Of a DNA stretch of 64,000 nucleotides, positions 48,583-59,185 are shown piece by piece. This stretch comes from Candidatus Nanoarchaeia archaeon. Lineage in GTDB: Archaea; Nanobdellota; Nanobdellia; SCGC-AAA011-G17; GW2011-AR18. The DNA is taken from NCBI GenBank assembly GCA_035289605.1, contig DATDWR010000022.1, positions 45,295 to 109,294 on the forward strand. Direction: 5' to 3'. Below the pieces are notes generated by a model. That model was not told where the DNA came from and did not search any database. It saw only the letters and a list, made by a program, of their open reading frames with translations. Position 1 is the stretch's first letter. Every line of letters begins with the position of its first letter. A program made the translations under genes and the position numbers.

Positions 48583-48713
48583 AGAAAGTCTATAGATATA
48601 AGTATATTTAAACATTACTATGTATTTTGTGTTTTTATTAAAGAAATTAAGGATAAGAAGAATAAAATTAATTTATTTTTTGCGCATTAATTCAAGATCA
48701 AGAAGTTTAAGGC

Positions 48714-48944
48714 TTATCTTCTTCTGGGAACTTCTATGCTGTAAATAAAATTATCGCCTGCTCTATGAATAATATAAACTCCTAGCTTTCCTTTAAGCTT
48801 TTCATCATCTAATAATTGTAGATAATAACCAGCCAATAATTCTCCATCAATATAAACTTGGGTAATTATTAATTCATCATCATCTATGCATGAAGCTGGA
48901 AGAGTTTTTACTTTAACACCTTTCAAATTAGCTAACACATCCAC
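48714..48944 (-). CDS. Hypothetical protein (5' end uncertain)
   Basis: Frame stays open upstream to about 49065 with no in-frame ATG; an out-of-frame ATG at 49048 suggests a frameshift. Confidence 0.4.
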   Translation of the reverse strand: MDVLANLKGVKVKTLPASCIDDDELIITQVYIDGELLAGYYLQLLDDEKLKGKLGVYIIHRAGDNFIYSIEVPRRR

Positions 48945-49047
48945 TACTCTTACTGCAGTTCCGGGAGGACTGTCAACATGTGCAGTTCTATTAAGAAATA
49001 ATTTGTCTTCTAATGTGATTTCCTTGTTAATTCTTTTTCTCTTGCCA

Positions 49048-49524
49048 TTATCTGAGATATTTTGTTACTGTATCTGGAAGTTCATTAATTACTTCAAATT
49101 TTCCAGTTTTTAAGTCTCTTTGTACCCATGTTCCGTCTCTAAGCTTGCCGTAGAATGTTCTGTGTTCTACTTTTGCTCTTCCTTGGTCATCAAAACCTGT
49201 CAAGCTTCCAACTAGTACATGAGGGTTTTCTGCGCCTCTGCAGTCATTTATGTAAACTGGAAATGCTTTACTTGGTATCATGTTTCCATAATTGTCAACT
49301 GCCCCACCCTCTTCTACTGGAACAGCTTTGAAATTGCATTCTCTTGAAGTAGGATCATATTCTAATCTCCCATCGGTAAAAGTTTGTGTATCTCCTGTGG
49401 CTAGATCTGTTAATTGCAAGTCAAATCTTATTTTTTTAGAAGGTTCAGTTGTTGCGCATGCATCTATGCCTAAAGCAGCTCCTGCAACAAGTACCATTGA
49501 TGTTAATGTGTTTTTCATTGCCAT
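49048..49524 (-). CDS. Putative lipoprotein
   Basis: Signal-like N-terminus ending LGIDA-C. Confidence 0.55.
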   Translation of the reverse strand: MAMKNTLTSMVLVAGAALGIDACATTEPSKKIRFDLQLTDLATGDTQTFTDGRLEYDPTSRECNFKAVPVEEGGAVDNYGNMIPSKAFPVYINDCRGAENPHVLVGSLTGFDDQGRAKVEHRTFYGKLRDGTWVQRDLKTGKFEVINELPDTVTKYLR

Positions 49525-49686
49525 CTTTAAATTGTAACTACTTAATAATAGATATTGATTATCACTACTTATTTATAAAGCTTTCGGTAAATATGGAATT
49601 TGTTGTCAGTTTAATAGAAATTTTTATAAGCATATTCCAAATTCCACAAAGTGTTCTAAAAAAAGTTAGGAGGTAGAATAACAAAA

Positions 49687-51330
49687 ATGGCGCAAAATCA
49701 ACCAATTTTCATTTTAGCTGAAGGTTCGCAAAGAACTCAAGGCAGGGATGCTCAAAGAAATAATATCATGGCAGCTAAATTAGTTGCTGAAACAGTAAGG
49801 ACTACCTTAGGTCCTAAGGGCATGGACAAGATGCTGGTTGATTCTCTAGGTGATATCATTGTTACTAATGATGGAGTTACTATACTTCAGGAAATGAAGA
49901 TCGAGCATCCTGCAGCAAAGATGGTTGTTGAGGTTGCTAAAACCCAGGAAAAAGAAGTTGGTGACGGCACAACTACAGCAGTTATTCTTGCTGGTGAATT
50001 GTTAAAAAATGCAGAATTATTATTAGATAAAGAGATTCATCCTACTGTTATAACTAAAGGTTATAGGATGGCTGCTGAGAAATCTCAGGATGTTCTAAAT
50101 AATATTGCTGAAGATGTTAGCCTAAAAGATATTAACACTCTAAAAAATATTGCTATTACTGCAATGACTGGCAAGGGCGCTGAAGTTGCTAAGGAAATTT
50201 TAAGCGATTTGATTATTGATGCAGTAAAGCATGTCATGATCGATAGTGGAAAAGAAATTGTAATTGATGCAGAAAATATAAAATTAGAAAAGAAAGTTGG
50301 TGGTGGTATTGGAGATTCTGAATTGATTGTGGGTATTGTTTTGGATAATGAAAAGGTACATCCTGGAATGCCTGTTGAAGTTAAGGATGCCAAGATTGCT
50401 TTGCTTGATCTTGCTTTGGAAGTTAAGAATACTGAGATAGATGCTAAAATACAGATTACAGATCCTTCTCAGATGCAGGCTTTTATTGATATGGAAGACA
50501 AGATGTTGAATAATATGGTTGAGAAAATTTTCAGATCAGGAGCTAATGTTGTTCTTTGTCAAAAAGGCATTGATGATTTAGCACAGCATTATCTAGCTAA
50601 AAAGGGAATTTATGCAGCTAGAAGAATAAAGAAAAGTGACATGGAAAAGTTAGCTAAGGCTACTGGTGGAAATATGGTTAGTAAGCTGGATGATTTAAGT
50701 GTTAAAGATCTTGGATTTGCTGGCCTTGTTCAGGAGAGAAAGTTTGGTGATGAAAACATGACTTTTGTTACTGAGTGCAAGAAGGCAAAAGCAGTTACTA
50801 TTATTGTTAAAGGCGGGACACAGCATGTTGTTGACGAGGTTGAAAGAGCATTGAAAGATGCAATTGGTGATATAGCAGCATCATTAAAGGAAGGAAAAGT
50901 TGTTGCTGGCGCTGGCAGTTGTGAAGTTGAGGTTGCTCGTAGCTTGAGAAAGTTTGCTAACTCATTGAGTGGAAGGGAGCAGCTTGCTGTTCTTTCATTT
51001 GCAGATGCTTTGGAAGTTATACCTATTACACTAGCAGAAAACGCAGGCCTGGATCCTATTGATACATTAACTGAATTAAAAGCTTCTCATGACAAGGGAT
51101 TGAAGTGGGCTGGCTTGGATGTTTTTAGTGGTAAGGTTGTTGATGCTTGGAAGCGTGGAGTTATAGAGCCTTTGAAGACTAAGACGCAGGCTATTAAGAG
51201 TGCTTCAGAAGTTTGTGATTTGATTCTAAGAATTGACGATGTATTGGCTTCAGGAACTAAATCTGGCGGTATGCCTAGTATGCCTCATGGTCCTGGTGGT
51301 ATGCATCCTGATTTTGGAGGTATGGAATAA
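49687..51330 (+). CDS. ths: Thermosome (group II chaperonin) subunit
   Basis: [33 protein letters not shown]-rich tail. Confidence 0.98.
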   Translation: MAQNQPIFILAEGSQRTQGRDAQRNNIMAAKLVAETVRTTLGPKGMDKMLVDSLGDIIVTNDGVTILQEMKIEHPAAKMVVEVAKTQEKEVGDGTTTAVILAGELLKNAELLLDKEIHPTVITKGYRMAAEKSQDVLNNIAEDVSLKDINTLKNIAITAMTGKGAEVAKEILSDLIIDAVKHVMIDSGKEIVIDAENIKLEKKVGGGIGDSELIVGIVLDNEKVHPGMPVEVKDAKIALLDLALEVKNTEIDAKIQITDPSQMQAFIDMEDKMLNNMVEKIFRSGANVVLCQKGIDDLAQHYLAKKGIYAARRIKKSDMEKLAKATGGNMVSKLDDLSVKDLGFAGLVQERKFGDENMTFVTECKKAKAVTIIVKGGTQHVVDEVERALKDAIGDIAASLKEGKVVAGAGSCEVEVARSLRKFANSLSGREQLAVLSFADALEVIPITLAENAGLDPIDTLTELKASHDKGLKWAGLDVFSGKVVDAWKRGVIEPLKTKTQAIKSASEVCDLILRIDDVLASGTKSGGMPSMPHGPGGMHPDFGGME

Positions 51331-51370
51331 ATTTTTTAATAGATAACTTTTAATAATTCTCTGCTTATCT

Positions 51371-52621
51371 TTGAATATGTTTGATGCTCATTTCCATGAA
51401 AGATTACCTGAAGATGTTGAAGAAGTTTTAGCATCAGCAGGAATAGAAACTAGAAGACAAGTTTTAGTTGATAGAATAAGAAATAATAAGATTTCTATGG
51501 ATGGCATTCCAATTCCTACTTCTCTATTGCCTAGAGTTTTTCCTGGTAGTTATAGATGTGTTATTGAAGATACTTGCAGAAAAGCTACAGAACAACATTT
51601 CAAATGGCTTTCTTCTCAAACTGATGAGGATGTGTTAAATGGTTTGAAGCTGAATAATGCTTTGGTAAGAGTTGGTGTTCTTAGGAATATACCTGATGTC
51701 CTCACTGGAGTTATTCGTTATGACTTAGCTGTTGTGGGCGAACCTTCAATAAGTAATCCTCCAGTTTTTATTGAACTGAATGCCTTGAATTATCACGGTC
51801 CTGCGTGGAATCATCGTCTGCCTAAAGCATATTTAGAAGCATTTCCAGAACTATCTGATCTTGTTGATTTTCATGATGTAATGTCTGATTTTGATGCAAA
51901 TTTTTCTGAGATTGCTAGAAATAAAAAAGTATTAATGGTTATTGAAGAGGATCCAGAATATGAAGAATATACTACCTTTGCTAACGAGATGGAAGCGAGA
52001 GATTTTCAAGTGCATGTAATATCTGATAATGAAATGAAAGAGGCAGTTAAAGAAAGAAGAATAAAAATGTATCCTGATAGAGCTATATACAATGGCAGGC
52101 ACTACGATATGTTATTCTTAAGAACATATGATGATACTCTAGGTGTTAATAAAAATAGGAGTGTTCTTCGTAATATTGTTCAGTCTGGTGTTCCTATTCA
52201 CGATCATCCTGCTGTTTTGTTGCTTGAAGATAAGCTTAGAGTTGCCAAGCCAGTTACTAGAAGAATGATGAAAATGTTAAAGCACAATCCTGGATCTCAT
52301 GTTTTGAAAAGAAGAATTGGTTCTGGGGGTAGAGGAGTTTACGTTGGTTATAGCATGACTCAAGTTCTTTCCAATATTAATCCGGCAAAATGGTGTATCC
52401 AAGATAGATATGATTTTAATACTACAGAAACCCATCCTACTGACGGTGATAGAAATAAAGCGATTATAGATCTTGCTGCTTATTTTGCTTACAAGTGGGA
52501 AAGAGGAAAAGGCCTTACTAGAGGAAAATTATCTGGTATAATGGTAAGGTCTTCTCAAACTGGTTATGTAGTAAACCTTAGTAGTGGTGGTTGTTTTGTC
52601 CCTGTCTTCTATAAGAAGTAA
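51371..52621 (+). CDS. Circularly permuted ATP-grasp (glutathione synthase-like) ligase
   Basis: RYD...FIELNA, EDK, VLKRRIGSGGRGVYVG, WCIQD, VVNLSSGG. Confidence 0.75.
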   Translation: MNMFDAHFHERLPEDVEEVLASAGIETRRQVLVDRIRNNKISMDGIPIPTSLLPRVFPGSYRCVIEDTCRKATEQHFKWLSSQTDEDVLNGLKLNNALVRVGVLRNIPDVLTGVIRYDLAVVGEPSISNPPVFIELNALNYHGPAWNHRLPKAYLEAFPELSDLVDFHDVMSDFDANFSEIARNKKVLMVIEEDPEYEEYTTFANEMEARDFQVHVISDNEMKEAVKERRIKMYPDRAIYNGRHYDMLFLRTYDDTLGVNKNRSVLRNIVQSGVPIHDHPAVLLLEDKLRVAKPVTRRMMKMLKHNPGSHVLKRRIGSGGRGVYVGYSMTQVLSNINPAKWCIQDRYDFNTTETHPTDGDRNKAIIDLAAYFAYKWERGKGLTRGKLSGIMVRSSQTGYVVNLSSGGCFVPVFYKK

Positions 52622-54013
52622 TTATAATTTTTTAATCAAATGTCCTTTTTCTGTGTCATCGACATAGTATCCTTTTTGTTTTATTTTTTCTCTTAGCTCG
52701 TCTGCTAGCTTGAAGTCTTTTTCTTCTCTTGCTTTCTGCCTCTTGTCAGCCAATATTTTAACTTCTTTGGGTATTTTCTGCTCTTTTTCAGGCAGTATTC
52801 CAAAAACTGAGTCTGTTTCTTCCATGAAATTAAGTATATTTTCTGAGTCTTTTTCTGATATTTTTCCTTCTGAAATTAGTTTGTTTGTTTCTTTGATAAA
52901 TTCAAATATTGCTGTTATTGCATTGTGTGTTTCAAAATCATTGTCCATTGCTTTCTCAAAATTTGATTTAGCTCTTTTAATTAGTTCTTTTACATTGGAA
53001 TTATTTTTTGTTTTTGACTTATTATTTCTCAGTCTTAGCATGAACTCGTTTATTTTTTGTACTGAATTTTTTGCTTGTTTCATGCTTTCTTCTGAGAACT
53101 CAAGTGGTTTTCTGTAGTGTGTAGATATCATCATAAATCTTATTGTTTGCTTGTTGTATTTAGTTAGCGCTTCTCTTAACGTCATGAAATTCTCTAGAGA
53201 TTTTGACATTTTTTGTGATCTTACAATTAAAAAGCCTGCATGCATCCAGTATCTTACAAATGGTTTTTTTCCAGACACTGCCTCCATTTGCGCTATTTCT
53301 GCTTCATGGTGTGGAAACATTAAGTCTGTTGCTGCTCCATGTACATCATATTGTGACCCGAATTCTTTTTCAGTTATTGCAGTGTCTTCTATATGCCATC
53401 CTGGACGTCCAGATCCGATATCGACTTCCCAGTATGGTTCATTTTCTTTTCTGAATTTCCATAAGCAAAAGTCTGCTTTGTGTTTTTTCTCTAAGTTTTC
53501 ATCTATTCTAGAAAGAGAGTCTTCTGCTTCTTCCTGTGTTCTTCTTGCTAGTTTTCCATAGTCTTTAAACTTGGAGGCGTCAAAGTAGTATCCGTCGGTT
53601 ATTTTGTATGCGTATCCTTTTTGTATTAGTCTTTTTACTTGTGATATTATTTCCTTTATGTAGTATGTTGCTCTTGCGTATTTGTTTATCGAGTCCACGC
53701 CTGCATTCTTTATATCTAGTATATAGGCTTCTTCATATTTTTTTGCTATTGTTTTCCAGTCTGTTTTTTCTTCTGCTGCCTTCTTTATTGTTTTGTCATC
53801 TATGTCTGTAATGTTTTGTAAGTAAAATACTTTATATCCTTTGTATCTTAAATATTTCACAATTATGTCAAATTGTATGTATGTTTTGGCATTTCCCAAG
53901 TGTATGTAATTATAGACTGTTGGGCCGCATACAAACATTTTTACTTCTTTGCCTTTTATTGGTTTGAAAGCTTCTATCTTTCTGGTTAAAGTATTGTATA
54001 GCTTTAATTCCAT
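52622..54013 (-). CDS. cysS: Cysteine--tRNA ligase
   Basis: CGPTVY, HLGN, GRPGWHIE, FPHHEAE, KMSKS. Confidence 0.97.
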   Translation of the reverse strand: MELKLYNTLTRKIEAFKPIKGKEVKMFVCGPTVYNYIHLGNAKTYIQFDIIVKYLRYKGYKVFYLQNITDIDDKTIKKAAEEKTDWKTIAKKYEEAYILDIKNAGVDSINKYARATYYIKEIISQVKRLIQKGYAYKITDGYYFDASKFKDYGKLARRTQEEAEDSLSRIDENLEKKHKADFCLWKFRKENEPYWEVDIGSGRPGWHIEDTAITEKEFGSQYDVHGAATDLMFPHHEAEIAQMEAVSGKKPFVRYWMHAGFLIVRSQKMSKSLENFMTLREALTKYNKQTIRFMMISTHYRKPLEFSEESMKQAKNSVQKINEFMLRLRNNKSKTKNNSNVKELIKRAKSNFEKAMDNDFETHNAITAIFEFIKETNKLISEGKISEKDSENILNFMEETDSVFGILPEKEQKIPKEVKILADKRQKAREEKDFKLADELREKIKQKGYYVDDTEKGHLIKKL

Positions 54014-54406
54014 AGGATTTTAGCATTTGCTCAATTTTTATAGTTTTCTAGTTATATCCTTTGAAAAGAATGACCTGGTATCATAAAGCTTTTATATTCT
54101 TAAAATTTAATTAATCAAAGTTCTCATTAGGAATGCCGCCAAATACTTTAAAGGATATTTACGATAAACTTAGGGGTAATTAGATTTTATTAATAACCAT
54201 GGATTCACTGTTTTTAATTTTTTTAGGAAGACCAAATTAAGATATAGTAAACTACGTAAGTTTTTAGGTGTTGTCTGGTTTACTAACAGTAGACAGCAAA
54301 CATAAAAAACAACTAATTACTTTGTTGGTTGGCTATATTTATAGAATACACTCTAAACCACAGTAAAATTAATAAATGCTCTGCCTGTGTCTGTTAAAGA
54401 GAATAT

Positions 54407-55879
54407 ATGAAGATTTCCCTGTTTACTAAACCTGTAGAAGAATTGCAGACAGAAGCATTAGTTATAGGTGTTTATGAAAAGCTGGACAATTTAGATTTTG
54501 ATAAATACAACGCTATTTCTGATGGTTTGCTTGATGAATTGATTAAAAATAAGGAATTCCAAGGAAAGTTCGGCAAGTTTTCCATGCTTAGGTTAAAGGG
54601 AAATATAAAAAGGCTTGTTCTTGTAGGTCTTGGAAAGCGTGATGAATTTAATCTAGCAAAAGCAAGGGAGATTTCAGGAAAGACAGCAGTTTATGTTAGG
54701 GATAATAACATTAAGGAGTTTAGTTTTGTATTGTTCGATGACTTGAATCCTTTTGACTCTGCGTTTTCAGCAGTGGAGGGAGTAAGGCTTGCTCTTTATT
54801 ATTTTACTGACTTCAAGACCCAGAATTTGGACGAAATAAAAAAGATTGAGCGCTTGACTATTATCGCAAGCGGAAATAATTTTATAGAAATTGATAATGC
54901 CATAAAGGAATCTTTGGTTATTACAGATTCAGTATGTTATGTTAGGGATCTTCAAAATAGGCCTAGTAATGTTGTCACTCCAACTTATCTTGCAAATGAG
55001 GCTGTTAGTCTTGCTAAAAAATTTAGTTTGAAATGTATAGTTTTTGAAAAGAAAGACTTGAAAAAATTTGGGATGGGAGGAATTCTTGCAGTTAATAGGG
55101 GAAGCGATCACCCTCCGAAGCTGATAATTCTTGAATATAATGGCGGGAAGGAAACAATTTGCTTGGTTGGTAAGGGGATAACTTTTGATTCTGGCGGCAT
55201 TTCCTTGAAGTCTTCTAAGGATATGGATGATATGAAGTTTGATATGAGTGGTGGAGCGATAGTTTTGGGTATTATGCAGGCAGCTGCAAGGCTTAAGCTT
55301 CCTTACAAAATAGTTGGCTTAATTCCTTCTACTGAGAACCTTCCAGGGGGTAATGCTTACAAGCCTGGTGACATTATAAAATTTCACAACGGTAAAACTG
55401 CAGAGGTTATAGATACTGATGCTGAAGGAAGATTGGTATTGGCTGATGCCCTAGCTTATACTAAAAAATTTAGTCCAAGTGCAGTTGTTGACTTTGCAAC
55501 TCTTACCGGTGCTTGTGTAGTATCTTTGGGTGATGTTCATACTGGTTTGTTTTCAAATGATGAAGCTTTTGCCAATAAGTTGATTAGTGCTGGTGAAAAA
55601 ACTGGTGAGCTTGTCTGGAGACTTCCTATTCATGATAAATATGCTGAGCACATAAAAAGCAATATTGCTGATTTGAAGAATTGCGGTCCTAGGGATGCTG
55701 GAGCAATTACTGCTGCCATGTTTTTAAGGGAATTTGTTGACTGTAAGAGATGGGCTCATTTGGACATTGCAGGAACAGCCTATACTAAAAATGGCAAAGA
55801 TGTTCTCAAGCCATATGGTGGTACAGGTATTGGTGTAAAATTAGTTGTTGAAATGCTTAAAAATTTGAAAAATAATTAG
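54407..55879 (+). CDS. pepA: Leucyl aminopeptidase (M17)
   Basis: VGKGITFDSGG, MKFDMSG, DTDAEGRLVLAD, ATLTGA, HLDIAG. Confidence 0.96.
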   Translation: MKISLFTKPVEELQTEALVIGVYEKLDNLDFDKYNAISDGLLDELIKNKEFQGKFGKFSMLRLKGNIKRLVLVGLGKRDEFNLAKAREISGKTAVYVRDNNIKEFSFVLFDDLNPFDSAFSAVEGVRLALYYFTDFKTQNLDEIKKIERLTIIASGNNFIEIDNAIKESLVITDSVCYVRDLQNRPSNVVTPTYLANEAVSLAKKFSLKCIVFEKKDLKKFGMGGILAVNRGSDHPPKLIILEYNGGKETICLVGKGITFDSGGISLKSSKDMDDMKFDMSGGAIVLGIMQAAARLKLPYKIVGLIPSTENLPGGNAYKPGDIIKFHNGKTAEVIDTDAEGRLVLADALAYTKKFSPSAVVDFATLTGACVVSLGDVHTGLFSNDEAFANKLISAGEKTGELVWRLPIHDKYAEHIKSNIADLKNCGPRDAGAITAAMFLREFVDCKRWAHLDIAGTAYTKNGKDVLKPYGGTGIGVKLVVEMLKNLKNN

Positions 55880-57783
55880 CTGATTTTTAGTTCTGGTGGT
55901 TTTTCGTCCTGTCTTTTTTTCATGAAATATATTCCAGCTATTAATATTGCAAATATTACAGGAAGTATATAGTAAAGTATTTTCCTGTCTTTCTCACCCT
56001 CGACATTTGTTATGTTTATTTGCTTTTGTGTTTCAGGTGTTGCCTGTTGTTGTACTTGTTGTGTTGCCTGTTGTGTTGTCTGCTGTTCTTGTGCAGGTTG
56101 TGCTTCAGATTCTGAAGCATTCGCTCCTGTTCCAGCTCCTGCTGTTTCGCTGTTTCCTGTTTTGTAGCTGAAGCTCGAGAAGTGTGAAGCTGCAAAAGAA
56201 AACCTGTTATTCTGGCAGCTCACACTTGTGCATGAAGGTGATGATGTTGAGTTGCAGGGGTTTGACATGTTCAACAATTGATTTCTGCTAGTTGAAAATC
56301 CTTCATAATATACAGGCACTAAATCTGATGCGCATGTTACATTATAGAAATGAATTGTTGCGCTGCTGTTAAATGTTGCATCCAATGCAGTGGTATTAAT
56401 ACTTGCTATTCCCTCGTCAAAATTAATCGAATTGTCAAAATCTTGATTATAAGCATTAACCTTTCTGTCCCATATAATCTTAACCTTAAGGTTGTATAAT
56501 GTAAATTCTGATACATTTTTTAGGTCTTCTGCTTTTGTTAAGTCTGTTGTTCCTGAAAATGCAAACTCTGTTGCTTTTGGATATTTTATTTCAAAGACAA
56601 AGGTCTTTTCATATGAATCTGCTGTCATTGTTGTTAAATTGTTGATTCCAGATAAGGTTAGTTCAACATTGTACGTTGGTGTTGATGTTGTGCTTGCTGA
56701 AATTGTTTTAGATAATAGTTGTGTTAGAGATTTTCCTGAGCTGTCTGTAATTAATGATTTTTCTGTCTTGTTGTTGTAGTTGATATTTATTTTTACGTTG
56801 TTTAGTGGAGAGTTTGTTGAGTTTACTACGCTTATCAGTAACTGTTTGTAAACTAGAGCTTTGTTGTTGTCTGTTATAGAAAGTTTATTAGGATCATAGG
56901 TAGAATTTATTAGTGTAATATTTCCTTCTGCGCTTGGCATTGCCAAGTTGGTTGTTGCAGAGCTAATGTCTGAGTCTGTTATGTAATTGTTGAATGAGTT
57001 TTCATTTTTTAATGCAGTATTCCCGTTTATTTTGGAGTTTATTATTGAGTTGTTTGTTTTTTGCAGGTTGTAAAACACTACTCCATTTTCTGTGTTTTGT
57101 ATATTAACATTGTCTATCATGTTGTTCCCGCTGCTTCCTTCTAATATAATTCCAAATTTTAAATTGTCCATTAAGCTGTCTTTTACAATGTTGCTGTTTG
57201 AGTTTATTACATGGAATGCTGTGCTTTGAGAGTCTGAAAATGTAAAATTAGCAAATGTATTGCTTGATCCTGAAACATTTACTGCAGTATTTTGGTTGCC
57301 TGTATCTGTAATTAAAAAGTTTTTAATGATATTGCTGTTTGATCTTGCCTCCAGTGCAGTGTTTGGTGTTTTTATTATGCAGTTTTTGATAAGATTGTTG
57401 CTTGATTGTATGGCTATAGCAGGGCTTCCAGCACTTATTATGTAATTGTTGCAGTCTAAAGTTAATGAATTATCATTTAGTATTATGCATGCTGTGCTGT
57501 TTGTTTCATTTAGATCAGATGTTAAAGTTAAGCTGTTTGTTATCATTCCAGGGCATAAGTAACTATTCACATTTGATGTTTGGTTGTTTTCTGTCTGGTT
57601 GTTTGCTTGATTGCTTGTCTGGTTTGTTTCAGTTTGGTTCAAGTCCAGAACATCAAACCCTACAATTGGGAAATAGGATAAATTATTAGTTAGATTTTTT
57701 ACATACAAAAACGTCAAGAAAGCTATAGAGAGTACAATTAAGCTGACAATAACTTTAGGGTGCTTTGCTCTTCTCTTCTTCAT
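55876..57783 (-). CDS. Beta-helix surface protein with N- and C-terminal TM segments
   Basis: LTLDCNN beta-helix start, NxS/T-rich, Gln-rich linker, C-terminal TM. Confidence 0.75.
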   Translation of the reverse strand: MKKRRAKHPKVIVSLIVLSIAFLTFLYVKNLTNNLSYFPIVGFDVLDLNQTETNQTSNQANNQTENNQTSNVNSYLCPGMITNSLTLTSDLNETNSTACIILNDNSLTLDCNNYIISAGSPAIAIQSSNNLIKNCIIKTPNTALEARSNSNIIKNFLITDTGNQNTAVNVSGSSNTFANFTFSDSQSTAFHVINSNSNIVKDSLMDNLKFGIILEGSSGNNMIDNVNIQNTENGVVFYNLQKTNNSIINSKINGNTALKNENSFNNYITDSDISSATTNLAMPSAEGNITLINSTYDPNKLSITDNNKALVYKQLLISVVNSTNSPLNNVKININYNNKTEKSLITDSSGKSLTQLLSKTISASTTSTPTYNVELTLSGINNLTTMTADSYEKTFVFEIKYPKATEFAFSGTTDLTKAEDLKNVSEFTLYNLKVKIIWDRKVNAYNQDFDNSINFDEGIASINTTALDATFNSSATIHFYNVTCASDLVPVYYEGFSTSRNQLLNMSNPCNSTSSPSCTSVSCQNNRFSFAASHFSSFSYKTGNSETAGAGTGANASESEAQPAQEQQTTQQATQQVQQQATPETQKQINITNVEGEKDRKILYYILPVIFAILIAGIYFMKKRQDEKPPELKIS

Positions 57784-57832
57784 TTAGTGTTAAAAACAAC
57801 TAAACTAGTAAATAAATTTATCTGTTTAACAT

Positions 57833-58804
57833 TTGGAAAATTTTAAAAATGAAAACATACTATTAAAATATATGAATAATGATAAGCTTTTCTTTATTAT
57901 AACCTTGTTCCTTTTGGTATTGTCTGTTTCAACTTTAGGTGTTTATACTTCTAATACTGTTAAGGACATTAAGGAGGATTATAACTCTAAGATTATACAG
58001 AATAAGCAGGATTATGAAAATAAGCTTTCTACATTTCAGAAGGATTTTGATTTAAAGCTGAACAGTCTCTCAAAAGAACTGAATTATTCTACAAAGAATT
58101 TGAATACAAAGCTTGATAGTACACAGCAGAAGTTTAGTGAAAATATTGATACTTTAGGTTCAGAAATAAATAAGGTAAAGGAAGAATCTTCTACAAAAAT
58201 AGCAGATTTGCAGAAAGAATTACTTAATATAAACATCAAAAGCCAGGATTTCACTTCTGTAATAAATGATGTGATTAAGTCTGTTGTTAGCATTAAGACT
58301 GAGAATTCTGTTGGTTCCGGCTTCATAGTTGATTCAAGAGGATATATAGTTACTAATTATCATGTTATTCAAGACAAGAATAGTTTGAATGTTATGGGTG
58401 TGGATGGCTCTACTCGTAGTGCAAGGGTTGTTGGTTTTGATGGTAGTGCAGATATTGCTGTGCTCAAGATAGAAGGAACTTATGATAAGCTTGATTTTGC
58501 AGACTCAAATAGTATTGCTATTGGTGAGAAGGTTATTGCTTTGGGCAGCCCTGCTGGCTTTGATTTTAGTGTTACTGAAGGTATTGTTAGCGCAACCAAT
58601 CGTGTATCCAATGGTATAAAATACATTCAGACTGATGTTCCTATTAATCCTGGAAATTCCGGAGGTCCTTTGGTCAATAAGGCAGGCTTAGTTGTTGGTG
58701 TTAATACTTTAAAGATTTCTGGTTTTGAAGGTATTGGTTTTGCTATTGCTTCCAATGACGTGAAAGTTATTGCTGACAGGTTAATTTCTCAGGATTCTAG
58801 CTAG
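57833..58804 (+). CDS. Membrane-anchored trypsin-like (HtrA/DegP-type) serine protease without PDZ
   Basis: GSGF, TNYHV, DIAVLK, INPGNSGGP; TM plus coiled-coil stalk. Confidence 0.9.
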   Translation: MENFKNENILLKYMNNDKLFFIITLFLLVLSVSTLGVYTSNTVKDIKEDYNSKIIQNKQDYENKLSTFQKDFDLKLNSLSKELNYSTKNLNTKLDSTQQKFSENIDTLGSEINKVKEESSTKIADLQKELLNINIKSQDFTSVINDVIKSVVSIKTENSVGSGFIVDSRGYIVTNYHVIQDKNSLNVMGVDGSTRSARVVGFDGSADIAVLKIEGTYDKLDFADSNSIAIGEKVIALGSPAGFDFSVTEGIVSATNRVSNGIKYIQTDVPINPGNSGGPLVNKAGLVVGVNTLKISGFEGIGFAIASNDVKVIADRLISQDSS

Positions 58805-58805
58805 T

Positions 58806-59159
58806 TTAATCATGCTTAGCATCAACTTCAACCTCCACTTGTCTTTTTTCATAAAGTTCTGTTACTCTTCTACTTAAATCATCCAGATGGGTTAAATCAG
58901 AAGCTAATTCTACATTAACATCTAATACACCTTCATAACCTCCTGGATTTTTTTCTGTTTTAACGCCTACAACTGCGGTAATACCGCTTCTGTGGTAGAC
59001 CCTAGAAACATAATATTGTTGCCCAAACAAGTCAACAATGAATGGACCAGCAACTTGTCTCATATTTTGTCTGAAAAAAGACAATACAGCTTCTTTTAAA
59101 ATGGAATAATTTAGTGCTGCAGGTTCTTTGATCCTGAAACTAACAGTTTTAACATTCAT
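58806..59159 (-). CDS. Hypothetical protein
   Basis: ORF directly downstream of rps10. Confidence 0.55.
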   Translation of the reverse strand: MNVKTVSFRIKEPAALNYSILKEAVLSFFRQNMRQVAGPFIVDLFGQQYYVSRVYHRSGITAVVGVKTEKNPGGYEGVLDVNVELASDLTHLDDLSRRVTELYEKRQVEVEVDAKHD

Positions 59160-59185
59160 TATTTTAGCCCAAGTCCTGTAATGTT

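Larger units (their letters stand above)
48012..48659. repeat. 26-bp direct repeat of alaS 3' end (48012-48037; 48634-48659) flanking a TA module
   Basis: TTTATTAAAGAAATTAAGGATAAGAA occurs exactly twice. Confidence 0.8.

Noticed and set aside
54014..54406. Hidden gene or RNA between cysS and pepA
   Set aside because: Frames examined are interrupted by stops and no tRNA-like motifs were found; at most a degraded remnant.
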